In this document: one piece after another, positions 52,787 to 64,000 of the stretch | Layout: the number at the start of each line of letters is the position of its first letter | Position numbering within the stretch: the stretch's first letter is position 1 | Assembly: GCF_004010195.1 (NCBI RefSeq) | Contig: NC_057719.1 | Coordinates: forward strand, 42,307,820 to 42,371,819 | DNA length: 64,000 nucleotides | Direction of reading: 5' to 3' | Source of the DNA: Chiloscyllium plagiosum | Lineage: Eukaryota | The notes under the pieces: generated by a model | What the model was told of the DNA's origin: nothing | The model's input: the letters and a program-made list of their open reading frames with translations, nothing else | Database searches by the model: none | Program-made: the position numbers and the translations under genes

Positions 52787-53963
52787 TTAAAGAACAAATC
52801 TTTCTCCAAACTCTCCAGTAGAAATCAAGCAGCGTTAAATATGATTGTTGACGTCAATTCTGTCTCTCTATGGATTTGTTTGTGGCTCCTTTTGAAGGTG
52901 CCATCTGTTCGTGTTAACTACTTTCTTTGGAAGGTTTTCCATAAATCCGTTCTCCTCTGGGAGAATGGGGTGACCCTTTGATCTTGAAGATTGTGAATTT
53001 TGTGCTTGTGTCCTTCGGTCCCACCCCTGGATCTATCTGCTTTTTTTTAAACCAGTGATGATACTTCTAAGGCTCTGTTTATTTGTGCCTAACCCTGACA
53101 CTAGGCAGAGGACTTCTTGCACACATGCAGATAAAATGTTAGTCTCAGAGCCTGTGATTGTTTAAAGGGAGAGGTGCTTTCAGAGCTATTCTATTCTTCA
53201 CTTGCTCAATTACTTATCCTTTTGCAAGCTGGTGTTTAGTAATTGTCTCCTTTACAATAAAATCAGTTAAATGGATTAACTGCTCTTAACAGTTGCATCC
53301 AGCAATGAATATGAGACAGGCAGGAGTAGCAAGTGGATACTTTATTTCCAGCTACCAATTAGTGCTTTTAACGGTGGAGTTCCACCATTGTTTCTAAAAA
53401 ACAAGTCATCACCCAATGTAGGTCTCTGATTCAGAAACCCATTATCCACTAACTGAGCTAGCCATGCCATTGAAAGACCTTCCTGCCCAAACTCTTTGCA
53501 ACTTGATTCCTGGTTTAAACCTGTTTAATTATATATAAAAATATTGTTTGGTTAAAGATGAAGTTAAACTGGCTGTTCTGCATGTAAAGCTAATGTGCGG
53601 GTATGCAGCATTTACCCATTATTTTGGTCTGTGTATTCATCAGCAGCCACGTAACAAGCCAAGTGCAGATGTACATGTTCTCCTTATGCCTTTCCAATCA
53701 GTGGCAGGAGTTAGGTTCACGCAATTAAAACTATACTTTCTTCATTGACCTTGAGCTTGATCAAGAGTGTTGATAACTAAAAGTCAAATGTACAGTTCTG
53801 AATTATAGTTTTGAACAAGGTACTTTTGAAGTATGAATATGTAACTTATGTCTGTTTTATTATTTCATAGCTTTGAGATTGACATCTTGGAAAATGTCAG
53901 TTGTTTATTAAGCCTGACTGTGAGAATTCTCCAGAAACTGTAATCTATTTTTTATATTCAAAG

Positions 53964-54118
53964 GAACTTATCCATTTGTGACATCCTCAAATTGCACTGC
54001 TGGAGGTGTATGCACAGGCCTGGGCATTCCACCATCGAACATTGGAGCAGTTTATGGTGTTGCCAAAGCCTATACCACCAGAGTGGGTATTGGGGCATTC
54101 CCAACAGAACTCAAAAAC
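53964..54118 (+). CDS. ADSS1: ADSS1-type exon 9
   Basis: [52 protein letters not shown]; 155 nt; AG/GT. Confidence 0.96.
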
Positions 54119-54291
54119 GTAAGTTTGCCGTTTCTCATGATCATGGATTCAGAACCATCTAGACTCAAAATGTTAGCTTTCTCTCTCAACAGAAGCTGCC
54201 TGACACTCTCTGATTTCCAGCACTTTTTGTTTTCAGTACAGATTGCAGCATCTGCAGTAATTTGCTCCTCTAAAACCAGGTTTCCTGGAAA

Positions 54292-54402
54292 GATCTTGTG
54301 GCTCAGTGGGAGTGTCACTATCTCTGGGCCAGAAGATCTGGGTTCGAGTCCCACCTGCCACAGACATGCTATTATGTGTCTGGACAGGTTGTTTAAATAA
54401 TA
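54292..54402 (+). mobile_element. Short tRNA-derived SINE (related copies about 41558-41660 and 41738-41842)
   Basis: tggctcagtgg A-box and ggttcgagtcc B-box followed by a short shared tail. Confidence 0.55.
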
Positions 54403-54584
54403 TTTGCAAGAGCAAGAAAGTCTTACTGCAAATGTACAGCAACTTGGTCAGAGAGCACAGGGCTATTATGGGTAGTTTGTTCACCAGTCTGAATCATGGG
54501 ATGGTAGGTTTGTTGTGTGAGAATAGATACAACTGGTATTGGTGGCTGCTATTGAGTTGTTCTGCCACTCCACCAATCTTTATG

Positions 54585-55470
54585 ACACACAGATTGGTGG
54601 AGTGGCAGAAAGCATAAGGGACTGTCAGAGAATACAGGAGGATATACGTAGAAAGGAGAGTTGGGCCGAAAAGTGGCAGATGGCTTTCAATCCAGACAAA
54701 TGTGAGGTGATGCATTTAGGCAAGTCTAATTCTAGAGCGAATTATACAATAAATGGAAGAGCCTTGAGAAAAGTTGATGGGCAGAGAGATCTGGGGGTGC
54801 AGGTCCATTGTACCCTGAAGGTTGCTGCACAGGTGGATAGAATGGTCAAGAAGGCATATAGTATGCTTGCCTTCATCGGACAGGGTATTAAGTATAAGAG
54901 CTGGCAAGTCATGTTAAAATTGTACAATACATTGATTCAGCCACATTTAGAGTACCGTGTACAGTTCTGGTCACCACATTACCAAAAGGATGTGGATGCT
55001 TTGGAGAGTGTGGAGAGAAGGTTTACGAGGATGTTGCCTGGTATGGAAGGTGCTAGCTATGAAGAGAGGTTGAGTAGGTTAGGTTTATTTTCACTAGAAA
55101 AAAGGAGATTGAGGGGGGGACCTGATTGAGGTTTACAAAATCTTAAAGGGTATAGACAGGGTGGATAGAGACAAGCTTTTTCCCAGGGTGAAGGATTCAA
55201 TAACCAGAGGTTATTCTTTTAAAATGAGAGGTAGAAAGTACTTCACACAGAAGGTGGTGGGCGATTGGAATGCGTTGCCAGCAGAGGTGGTAGAGGCAGG
55301 CACTGTAGATTCATTTAAGATGCGTCTGGACTGATTCATGAGTAGGTGGGGAGCAGAGGGATACAGATGCTTAGGAATTGACCGACAGGTTTAGACAGTG
55401 AATTTGGATCGGCTCAGGCTTGGAGAGCCAAAGGACCTGTTCCTGGGCTGTAAATTTTCTTTGTTCTTTT
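54585..55470 (+). mobile_element. CR1-type LINE 3' fragment
   Basis: DTQIGG...WAEKWQMAFNPDKCEVMHLG...LEYRVQFWSP. Confidence 0.9.
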
Positions 55471-55476
55471 GACTCA

Positions 55477-55548
55477 GAGAGAAGGCTATCTCCCTTGACC
55501 TAGCTGAGGACTGAGAGAAGGCTATCTCCCTTGACCTAGCTGAGGACT
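55477..55548. repeat. Perfect tandem duplication, 36-bp unit x2
   Basis: gagagaaggctatctcccttgacctagctgaggact repeated exactly. Confidence 0.9.
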
Positions 55549-56194
55549 TTTGAGTCTGGACTCAAAATACAGTAGTAGTATAAGCCATGTATATCTGACT
55601 GAGGGGCAAAGTACAGCAAGGTAGGAATGCTGTGAGCACCCAGGTAGGCTCAAAGTGAGTGAGCACTAAGTCAGCAAGAACAGAGAGATGCAGCCTGGTC
55701 CAATCCATGAACTAGGTGTGGGTTCCTGAGCACAGAATTACAGTGGTGTTTGTTAGTGCAGCAGTGTTCTGTAGTTGGATCAGAGGATTACCATAAGATT
55801 TGTTACAGGCTGGCATGTGTCAGATGCCAATGCTCGTGAATGTAAGGTGTGTGTTCTATGACTAATATGGAGGTCATTCAGAGCAGGTGGTGAATTGACG
55901 CCTCCAGCTACTTGCGCTCATATCCTTGTCGAGTTTTCCTGATGTTAAACTTGTTTGTGTTTGGTTCCATGGGAGGCTGAATATTAATGAAGCAAGTTGG
56001 ATGTGAACAAGCTGTTTAGAACCAATAATTTGTCAATTGCAATTTTCTGCTGCCTAGCCATGCCACTTTTGAAAACCGTAAACCATGGCACAAATTGCTC
56101 CCAACATGAAGATCAGCCATGCCACCCACCTCGCCACTGTACATGTTGCTCAGACTCCTATAACAGTCAATGGGACTTACTTCAGAACCCATAA

Positions 56195-56508
56195 TAAAAT
56201 CATGGAATCCCTATAGTGCAGAGGGAGACTATTTAGTCCATTTGAATCTGCACTGACCCTGTGAAGAGCTTCCCTCATCCCATGGCTCATTCCCATAGCC
56301 TGCATGTGTGTTGGACACTACACGGACAATTTAGCATGGTTCGTCCAGCTAACCTGCACAACATTTACACTGTGGGAGGAAACCAGAATACCAGCAGGAA
56401 CCCACCCAAGTATGGGGAGAACATGCAAACTCTATACAGTTGCCCGAGATTAGAATCAAACTCTGGTCCCTGGTGCTGTGAGGCAGCAGTGCCAACCATT
56501 GTGCCACT
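56195..56508 (-). mobile_element. HE1-like SINE, degraded
   Basis: Homologous head and central domain. Confidence 0.65.
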
Positions 56509-56715
56509 TCATGGTCTGTTAATCCCCTAATAAATTTCCGTAATTGCCATAATGATTTGAATTTGTATTGACATTATATTTAGATAATATGAAGCATTTG
56601 TTTTAAATAACTGTTTGTATGTATATGATTTTAAACTAATTACAAAGTATTCCTGCAAACCAAGATTAAGCTTACTTTGTGTATCTGTTGCTGAATTTTA
56701 ACTGAAACATTTTAG

Positions 56716-56840
56716 GAAATTGGTGAGTTGCTACAGTCTCGAGGAAATGAAGTGGGTGTAACAACAGGCAGGAAAAGACGCTGTGGCTGGTTAGACCTAG
56801 TCATGTTGAAATATGCGAATATGATCAACGGATTTACAGC
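56716..56840 (+). CDS. ADSS1: ADSS1-type exon 10
   Basis: [41 protein letters not shown]; 125 nt; AG/GT. Confidence 0.96.
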
Positions 56841-57738
56841 GTGAGTACCAGATTCCATTTCATGTTTTAACGGTTTGAAAAAAAAGTCAATTTGTATAGT
56901 GACTTTTACATAGAATAGGACAAACCATTTTATAATTAAAGATGAACCTTTGATGTGATACTGCTCCTCCTGCTTAAATAACTATTCAGCATTAGCCGTT
57001 GCTTCAGCTGTAAAGTTTCATTCTCATATGAGTCACTGAACCAAAAGAATGAGGAGAAAACTGAGTAATGTAATAAAAATCAGGAGAGATGTAAAATGGA
57101 TTCAGATTTTCTTCTTGCCACTTATTTACGTTAATCTCACAATTGCCCCAGTGTCTGATTTGCCTCAATACAACTTCAGTGTTCTCTATATATATATATA
57201 TTGGGTATTTGTAATCCCTGATGGTCATAGACAATAAAATGATTGTGGTGCACAAAATCTACAGAAGCTGTTACTGTCACACAAGAAGCATTGTTAGGAT
57301 ATAACCAGTATGCCACACAAACTCCTAATGTAGCTTTGATTGTTTCCTTATGAAATGTAGTAATGTATGTTTTTAAAAAAACACTTCTCTCCAGTAAAGT
57401 GATCCTCCAAAGGTTTAGTCAATTGAAAAGTAAAAGCCAAAAACACACACTTTACTGAACAAAACCATCTCCCAATAAGTATACCTGGATTCGAATATGC
57501 CAACAGAAATGTATAACAGAAACCCTCAAAAGTTGGAAAATGTGATATATTTATTCCAAAGCACCTCAATGTGTTCTGAATAGAATATTTGAATCAAAAC
57601 TCAACTCACTGTGGTACACAAGTGCATTTCTACCTAGGTATCAAAAATACCAAAAGATGTCGAGCAAATTTGGGTATAGTTAATTAAAAAAATCTCCCTC
57701 ATTCAATTTTAACAATAATATTATTGCTGTACCCATAG

Positions 57739-57836
57739 GTTGGCATTAATGAAGCTGGATATCCTGGAAGTCCTTGATGAGATTAAAATCGGTTTAGCTT
57801 ACAAACTGAATGGAAAGAGAATTCCATATTTTCCAG
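57739..57836 (+). CDS. ADSS1: ADSS1-type exon 11 (later exons not found in window)
   Basis: [33 protein letters not shown]; 98 nt; AG/GT. Confidence 0.95.
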
Positions 57837-57892
57837 GTATTGTATGCCAACTAATGTCCTTTATCATTTCAATTTAGCTTTATTTTAGTGCA

Positions 57893-60800
57893 GGAGAAAG
57901 TGAAGACTGCAGATGCTGGAGATCGAAGTCAAGAGTGTGGTGCTGGAAAAGCGCAGCAGGTCAGGCAGCATCCGAGGAGCAAGAGAATTAACTTTTCAGG
58001 CATAAGCCCTTCAGGAACGTGGGGGCGTTGAAGGGGGCTGAGAGATAAATGGTGGGGTGGGGAAAGTAGCTGGGAATGTTTTAGGTGCAGGTGGGAGGGG
58101 TGATTGTGATAGGTCGGAGGGTGAGGATGATTGGTGGAAAGGAAGATGTACAGGTAGGACAGGTAAAGAGGACAGTGCCCAGTTGGTGGGTTGGGTCTGG
58201 GATGAGGTAGGAGATGGGGAGATGAGGAAACTAGTGAAATTTGGACATTGATGCCATGTAGTTAAAGGGTCCCAAGGCGGAAGATGAGATGTGCTTCCTC
58301 CAGCTGTCGGGTGGCGAGGATTTGGCAGTGGAGGAGGCCCAGGACTTAGAACATAGAAGATAAAACAATAGAGCACAGAACAGGACCTTTAACCCTCAAT
58401 GTTGTGCCAATCTGTGAACTATTCTCAGCTTGTCCCCCTACACTATCCCATCATCATCCATGTGCTTATTCAAGGATTGTTTAAATTTCCCTAATGTGGA
58501 TGAGTTAACTACATTGGCTGGCAGGCAGGGTATTCCACGGCCTTACCACTCTGAGTAAAGAACCTGCCTCTGATATCTGTCTTAAATCTATCACCCCCCA
58601 ATTTGTCATTATACCCCCTCGTACAAGCTGACATCATCATCCTAGGAAAAAGACTTTCACTCTCTACCCTATCTAATCCTCTGATCATCTTGTATGTCTC
58701 TTATCAAATTCCCTATTAGCCGCCGCCTTTCCAATGAGAATAGACCCAAGTCTCTCAGCCTTTCCTCATAAGACCTTCCCTCCAGACCAGGCAGCATCCT
58801 GGAAAATCTCCTCTGCACCTTTTCCAATGCTTCCACATCCTTCCCGAAATATAGCGACCAGAACTGTACACAGTATTCCAAGCGCGGCCGTATTAGCGTT
58901 TTGTATAGTTGCAGCATGATATTGAGGCTCCGGAACACAATCCCTCTACGAATAAAACCTTACACACCGTATGCTTTCTTAACAGCATTATCAACCCAGC
59001 AACTTTCAGGGATCTATAGACTCTAAGATCCCTCTGCACATCCACACTACCAGCAATCTTTCTATTGACCCAGTACTCTCCTTTCCTGTTATTCTTCCCA
59101 AAGTGCGTCACCTCACATTTAGCTGCATTGAACTCCATTTGCCAAGTCTTAGCCCAATTCTGCAGTTTATCCAAGTCCCCCTGCAACCTGTAACATTCTT
59201 CCAAACTGTCCATTACTCCACTGACTTTCGTGTCATCTGCAAATTTACTAATCCATCCACCTATGCCTGCATCTAAGTCACTTATAAAAATGACTAACAG
59301 CAGTGGTCCCAAAACAGATCCTTGTGGTACACCACTAGTAAATGGACTCTAGGCTGAATATTTTCAATCAACCACCACTCGCTGCCTTCTTTCAGAAAGC
59401 CAGTTTCTAATCCAAACTGCTAAATCACCCTCAATTCCATGCCTCTGCATTTTCTCCAACAGCCTACCATGTGGAACCTTCTCAAAGGCTTTACTGAAGT
59501 CCATGTATACCACATCAACTGCCCAACCTCATCTATACATTTGTTCTCCTTCTCAAAATCTCTGAGGTTTGTGAGACACGACCTGCCCTTGACAACACCA
59601 TGTTGACTATCTGAAATCAAATTGTTGCTTGCTAGATGATTATAAATCTTCTCATAATCCTTTCCAAATCCTTTCCTACAACAGAAGTAAGGCTCACTGG
59701 GTCATCTCTACTGCCCTTCTTGAATAAGGGCACAACATTTGCAATCCTCCAGTCCCTTGGTACTAAACCTGTAGACAATGATGACTCAAATATCAAAGCC
59801 AAAGGCTGTCATATCTCCTCCCTAGTTTCTCAGAGAATCCTCTGATAAATCCCATTCAGCCCAGGGGACTTTTCTACTTTCACTCCTCCTAGAACAGATA
59901 ACATCTCTTCGTAACTAACCTCGATCCTTTCTAGTCTAATATCTTGTATCTGTTTCTTCTCCTCTACAAAATCCCCGTTTTCCTGAGTGAAAACAGATGA
60001 GAATGTTCATTTAGCATTTCTCCGATCTCCACAGGGTCCACACTCAACTTCCCACTTCTGTCTTTGACTGGTCCTATTCCTACCCTAGTCATCCTTTTAT
60101 TCTCCTCATACCCTATAGAAAGCTTTAGGGTTCTCCTTTATTCTATTTGCTAAAGACTGCTTGTGTCCTCTCTTTGCTCTTCTTAACTCTCTCTTTTTAA
60201 CTCTCCTTCCTAGCTGATCTGTAAGTCACCATCGCCTCATCTGAACCATCTTGTCTCACCAACACATAAGCCTCCTTCTTTCACTTAACAAGAGATGCAA
60301 TTTCTGCAGTAAACCACAGTTCCCTTACCTTATCACTTCCTCCCTGCCTGACAGGGACATACCTATCAAGGACACGCAATATCTGTTCCTTAAACCAGAT
60401 GTTCATTGTCGGCATTGCCTAATCTCATTATAATTGCCCTTGCCCCATCAATAACTCTTAATTTGTGGCATGTACCTATCCCTTTCCATCGCTAAACTAA
60501 ACATAACTGAATTATGGTCACTCTCTCTAAACTGTTCACCCACAACTAAATCAAACACCTGGCCTGGTTCATTGCCAAGCATCAGATCCAGCGTGGCCTC
60601 CCCTCTTGTCGGCCCTTCGACATACTATGTCAGGAAACCCACCTGTACACATTGGACAAAAACTGATCCATTCAACATGCTAGAGATATAGCATTCCCAG
60701 TCAATGTTGGGGAAATTAACCCCCCCCCCCCCCCCCATAAAGACCATTCTGTTCCTTTCACTCCTACCCAGAATAATTTTGCCAATCCACTCTTCCACCT

Positions 60801-61660
60801 CCATGGAACTCTGCAGAGGCCTATTAAAAACTCCAAGCAGTGTAACCTCTCCTCTCCTGTTTCTAACCTCAACCCACACTATCTCAGTAGATGAGTCCTC
60901 ATCAAAATTTCTTTCAGCCACCGTTATAATATTCTTGACTAACCAGGCTACTCCTCCCCCTCTTTTACCGCCTTGCCAGTTCTTAATGAAAGATCTAAAT
61001 CCTAGAACCTGCAACATCCATTCCTCACCCTGTTATATCCATGTCTCCAAAATGGCCACAACATTGAAGTCCCAGGTACCTATCCATGCTGCAAGCTCAC
61101 CTACCTTATTTCAGATACTTCTGGCATTGAAGTAGACAGACTTCAAATGAGCTTGCTGTCTGCCAGCACATTCCTGTGACCATGAAATCCTGTCCCTGCC
61201 CTCTGAACTCTCATCCTCGTGTGCACTGCAACTATACCTCAGGTTCCCATTCCCCTGCTGAGCTAGTTTAAACACACCCAAATCGCAGCAGGACTTGCAT
61301 GTCCTTGGCAGAGTAGGAGGGAGAGTTGAAGTCATCAGCCACCGGACAGTGCGGTTGTTTAGTGAGTGTGCCCCAGAGATGTTCCCTGAAACATTCTGCG
61401 AGTTGGTGTCCTGTGTCCCTAATGTAGAGGAGACTAAATGGAGGGCAATAGACATAGTAGATGAGGTGTTTGGATGTGCAGGGAAGTCTCTGTTAGATGT
61501 GAAAAGATCCTTTGGGGCCTTGGACAGAGGTGAGGGGGCAAGTGTGGGCACAGGTTTTACACCTTTTGCAGCAGCAAGGGAAGATGCCAGAGTGAGGGAT
61601 GGGTTGGTGGGATGGCAGTGGAAGTAACGAAGGAGTCACTGAGGGAATGGTCTCTGCAAG
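57893..61660 (-). mobile_element. Older Penelope-like fragment split by a CR1 insertion (PLE parts 57893-58347 and 61289-61660)
   Basis: The two parts join into continuous PLE GIY-YIG sequence homologous to 13120-13600. Confidence 0.8.
58348..61288 (-). mobile_element. CR1-type LINE with most of ORF2 (APE endonuclease + RT), frameshifted
   Basis: LKSVYFNARSI, RGGGVAWLVK, SKFADDTK; 8-bp TSD caggactt at 58340-58347 and 61289-61296; closely related to 14281-16900. Confidence 0.93.
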
Positions 61661-62732
61661 AAAAAGGGAACAGCTTGAAATACCAATACCTCAACCCAAC
61701 ATGTTGATGTAGAGTTGCAGAGAACAGGTTATCACAAATACTTTCAAAAATTATGATTCATCTTGTAATATAAAACCAAAGCTATTACAACTGTCAAAAA
61801 TGAATCACAGAGGCAGTCAGTGTTTGGAACATATGATTTTCTGTCAAATTTTCTTCAAAAAGCTCAACTACGTTGAATATTATGTATCTTAAAATCCTTT
61901 AAATATTTTTTTGCAACTATTGTTTAAGTCATATGATGGTGCTTTTATGTGGAATAATGTATTCTGTTACTAGAATATGCTCATGATTTCATGGGGGAGA
62001 TTTTCAACCTCTCCAAAGTGGACATTCAATGAATAAGGTGTCCATGGCAACAAACTGATTACATTGCCTATTGACACAAACCAGTTTTTGAGCTGATAAT
62101 TTTTTTGTATATAATCTTGGGCCAGCTTTATAGCCCATCAGAATTGCTCTTGAGAAAGTGGTGGTGAGGTGCATTCATAATGCTGTCAGAGTTAGAGTCC
62201 CAGGATTTTGTTTTGTATATGATGAGTGAGCTAGATGACTCACGCTAGTCAATGGCAATTCAAATCTGGAGGGAGTAGAGTTCAGACTGTTAACGTGGCT
62301 GTGATGGTGAAGGGGATGAGCATTCCTCATTGATCAGCTTGGATGCATTAAAGGGGGGAAGCTGTTTCAGAATGCCAGTGATTTGTTCAGTGAAAGCTCT
62401 AGTAAAGGTGTGATTCTAGTGACAGGAGCCTCATTTTCATGCTTAAAGCAATCAGCCTGACACTTCCAACTCAACCAGTGATTTGGGTTGGAAGTCAGGG
62501 GAATTTTGGACTGACTGAGGCCAAATATAATGGGCTGGTACTTGGATGCAGATTTTCATGAAAGGAAATGTCAGCTACACATTCACCCAGTAGAAAGAAT
62601 TCTGTTCATGTTTTCTCTGTATTCTTTTAATGGAGCCTCCCAACTCTGTAGGTGCAGCCAAAAATCTCATGCTTTGAGTATTGCTTAATATTCTAACAGA
62701 ATTTAGAATGGAGAAATATATTGCAGAACTGG

Positions 62733-63036
62733 GCTAGCACTGCTGCCTCACAACACCAGGGTCCCAGGTTCAATTCCAGCCTCTGGCAACTCTGTATGGA
62801 GTTTGCACATTCTCCTAGTGTCTGCGTGGGTTTCCTCCAGGTGCTCCAGTTTCCTCCCACAGTCCAAAGATGTGCAGGTCAGGTGACTTGGCCATGCTGA
62901 ATTGCCCATAGTCTAAGGTGTGTTAGTCAGAGGGAAATGGTTCTGGATGGTTCACCCTTCAGAGGATCGGTGTGGACTGGTTGGGCCGAAGGGCCTGTTT
63001 CCACACTGTAGGGAATGTAATCTAACTAATCTAATC
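62733..63036 (+). mobile_element. HE1-like SINE, 5'-clipped
   Basis: gctagcactgctgcctcacaacaccagggtcccaggttcaattcc...aatctaactaatctaatc. Confidence 0.82.
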
Positions 63037-63425
63037 AGTGGGATCTGGGTGTGCTAGTACCTGAATCACAGTTTGTAGGTATAGCAAGAGATTAGGAAAA
63101 TAGATGGCATGCTGGCAATTATAGCAGAGAGAATGGAATATGAATATAGGGAAGTTTTACTGCAGCTGCACAAAGCAGGAGAGAAAACTGTTTGGGTCTC
63201 CTTACTTGAAATAAACAATATAAATGCTTCAGAAACAGTTAAGAAAAGGTACACTTGACTCATGCCTGAGATGAAGGGCTTACCTTACAAAGTATAAACA
63301 GATTAGGTCTATATTCTTTGGAACTTGGAAAAATGAGGTATGATCTGAGTGAAACATACCTGATTTGAGGAATACAGACAGGTTCATAGGAAGGGATTAG
63401 GAAGATGTTTCCTCTTTTAGGAGTG

Positions 63426-63548
63426 ATGATGTAGAGGTGCTGGTGTTGGACTGGGTTGGACAAGGTCAAAAGTCACACTACTCCTGGTTATAATCTAACA
63501 GGTTTATTTGACAACGAGCTTTCAGAGCCTTTCTGCTTCTTCAGGTGC
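63426..63548. mobile_element. Family-2 mini-element, degraded
   Basis: Shares the gtagaggtgctggtgttggactggg...aacaggtttattt sequence with 426, 22055 and 32043. Confidence 0.65.
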
Positions 63549-63569
63549 TCCTGCTTCAAGCTCCCAAAA

Positions 63570-64000
63570 GTATACTCATCGCCAACTCACATCCTGTATA
63601 AACACTTTACTATTCTCCCAGTTTCTCCAGCTCACTTGTCTCTGTTCTGACAAGATTTCTATCCAACTAGTTAATTTGAGCTTTTGAGCATCTCTATCCA
63701 TTGCCCACAGTTCTCTTTTCCTTCCAGGATTGCGATTGGGTTTCCTTCGTCTTCACCTTCCATCCCACTAGTCTCCTGACTTGACAAATTACATTCCACC
63801 ACACCCAAAGTGTTGGCACCACCAAGCAAATCATTTTCTCTCATTCCCTTTCAGAATTCTGAATGGTCTCTTCCATCAGCAACACCCTAGTCCACTGTTT
63901 AAATACCATTAACAACTCCCATTATCCAGTTTCATATGGTACCTCCCCAGCATGCAAATACAAAAGTGCAACACCTGCTCTTTTATCTATACCCTTCCAC
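63570..64000 (+). mobile_element. Degraded Penelope-like RT/EN linker fragment
   Basis: Broken frames resembling FVFTFHPTSL and C...KCNTC; similar to the - strand of 11440-11760. Confidence 0.5.

Noticed and set aside
52585..52809. GGTVAQWLALLPH ORFs and tRNA-like sequence (also 43412-43717)
   Set aside because: Translations of SINE heads; not proteins and not complete tRNA cloverleafs
55477..55548. 36-bp direct repeat of CRISPR-like length
   Set aside because: Two adjacent copies with no spacer, in eukaryotic intron DNA
57837..64000. ADSS exons 12-13
   Set aside because: No sequence for the expected YETLPGW or KWVGVGK segments was found; most simply they lie beyond the window, so this is not evidence of pseudogenisation

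Overview
Eukaryotic, repeat-dense vertebrate genomic DNA with three assembly gaps (3146-3735, 9410-9561, 40741). The HE1-like SINEs, CR1-type LINEs and Penelope-like elements suggest a cartilaginous fish. Two spliced genes lie on the + strand. The first is the 3' part of a divergent INF2-like formin (FH2 end plus DAD/WH2-like motif; exons from <1 to about 10.3-13.9 kb). The second is exons 1-11 of an ADSS1-type adenylosuccinate synthetase (28719-57836; the last exons were not found in the window). The ADSS frame is intact but carries unusual substitutions in conserved motifs (QWGDEGKG to [12 protein letters not shown] to MKLD). Introns and intergenic DNA are filled with CR1-type LINEs, SINEs, a decayed Gypsy-like remnant and Penelope-like elements (PLEs) of at least two clades. 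The most striking signal is a set of at least four families of minimal hammerhead-ribozyme (HHR) motifs (CUGANGA-N-stem II-GAAAC-GUH). They sit in PLE termini and in very short (140-280 bp), often palindromic, non-coding elements, each flanked by its own 10-17 bp target-site duplication (TSD). One example is a near-perfect ~190 bp palindrome carrying an intact HHR core on each strand in ADSS1 intron 1. All calls come from reading the sequence by eye; repeat boundaries are approximate unless a TSD is given.
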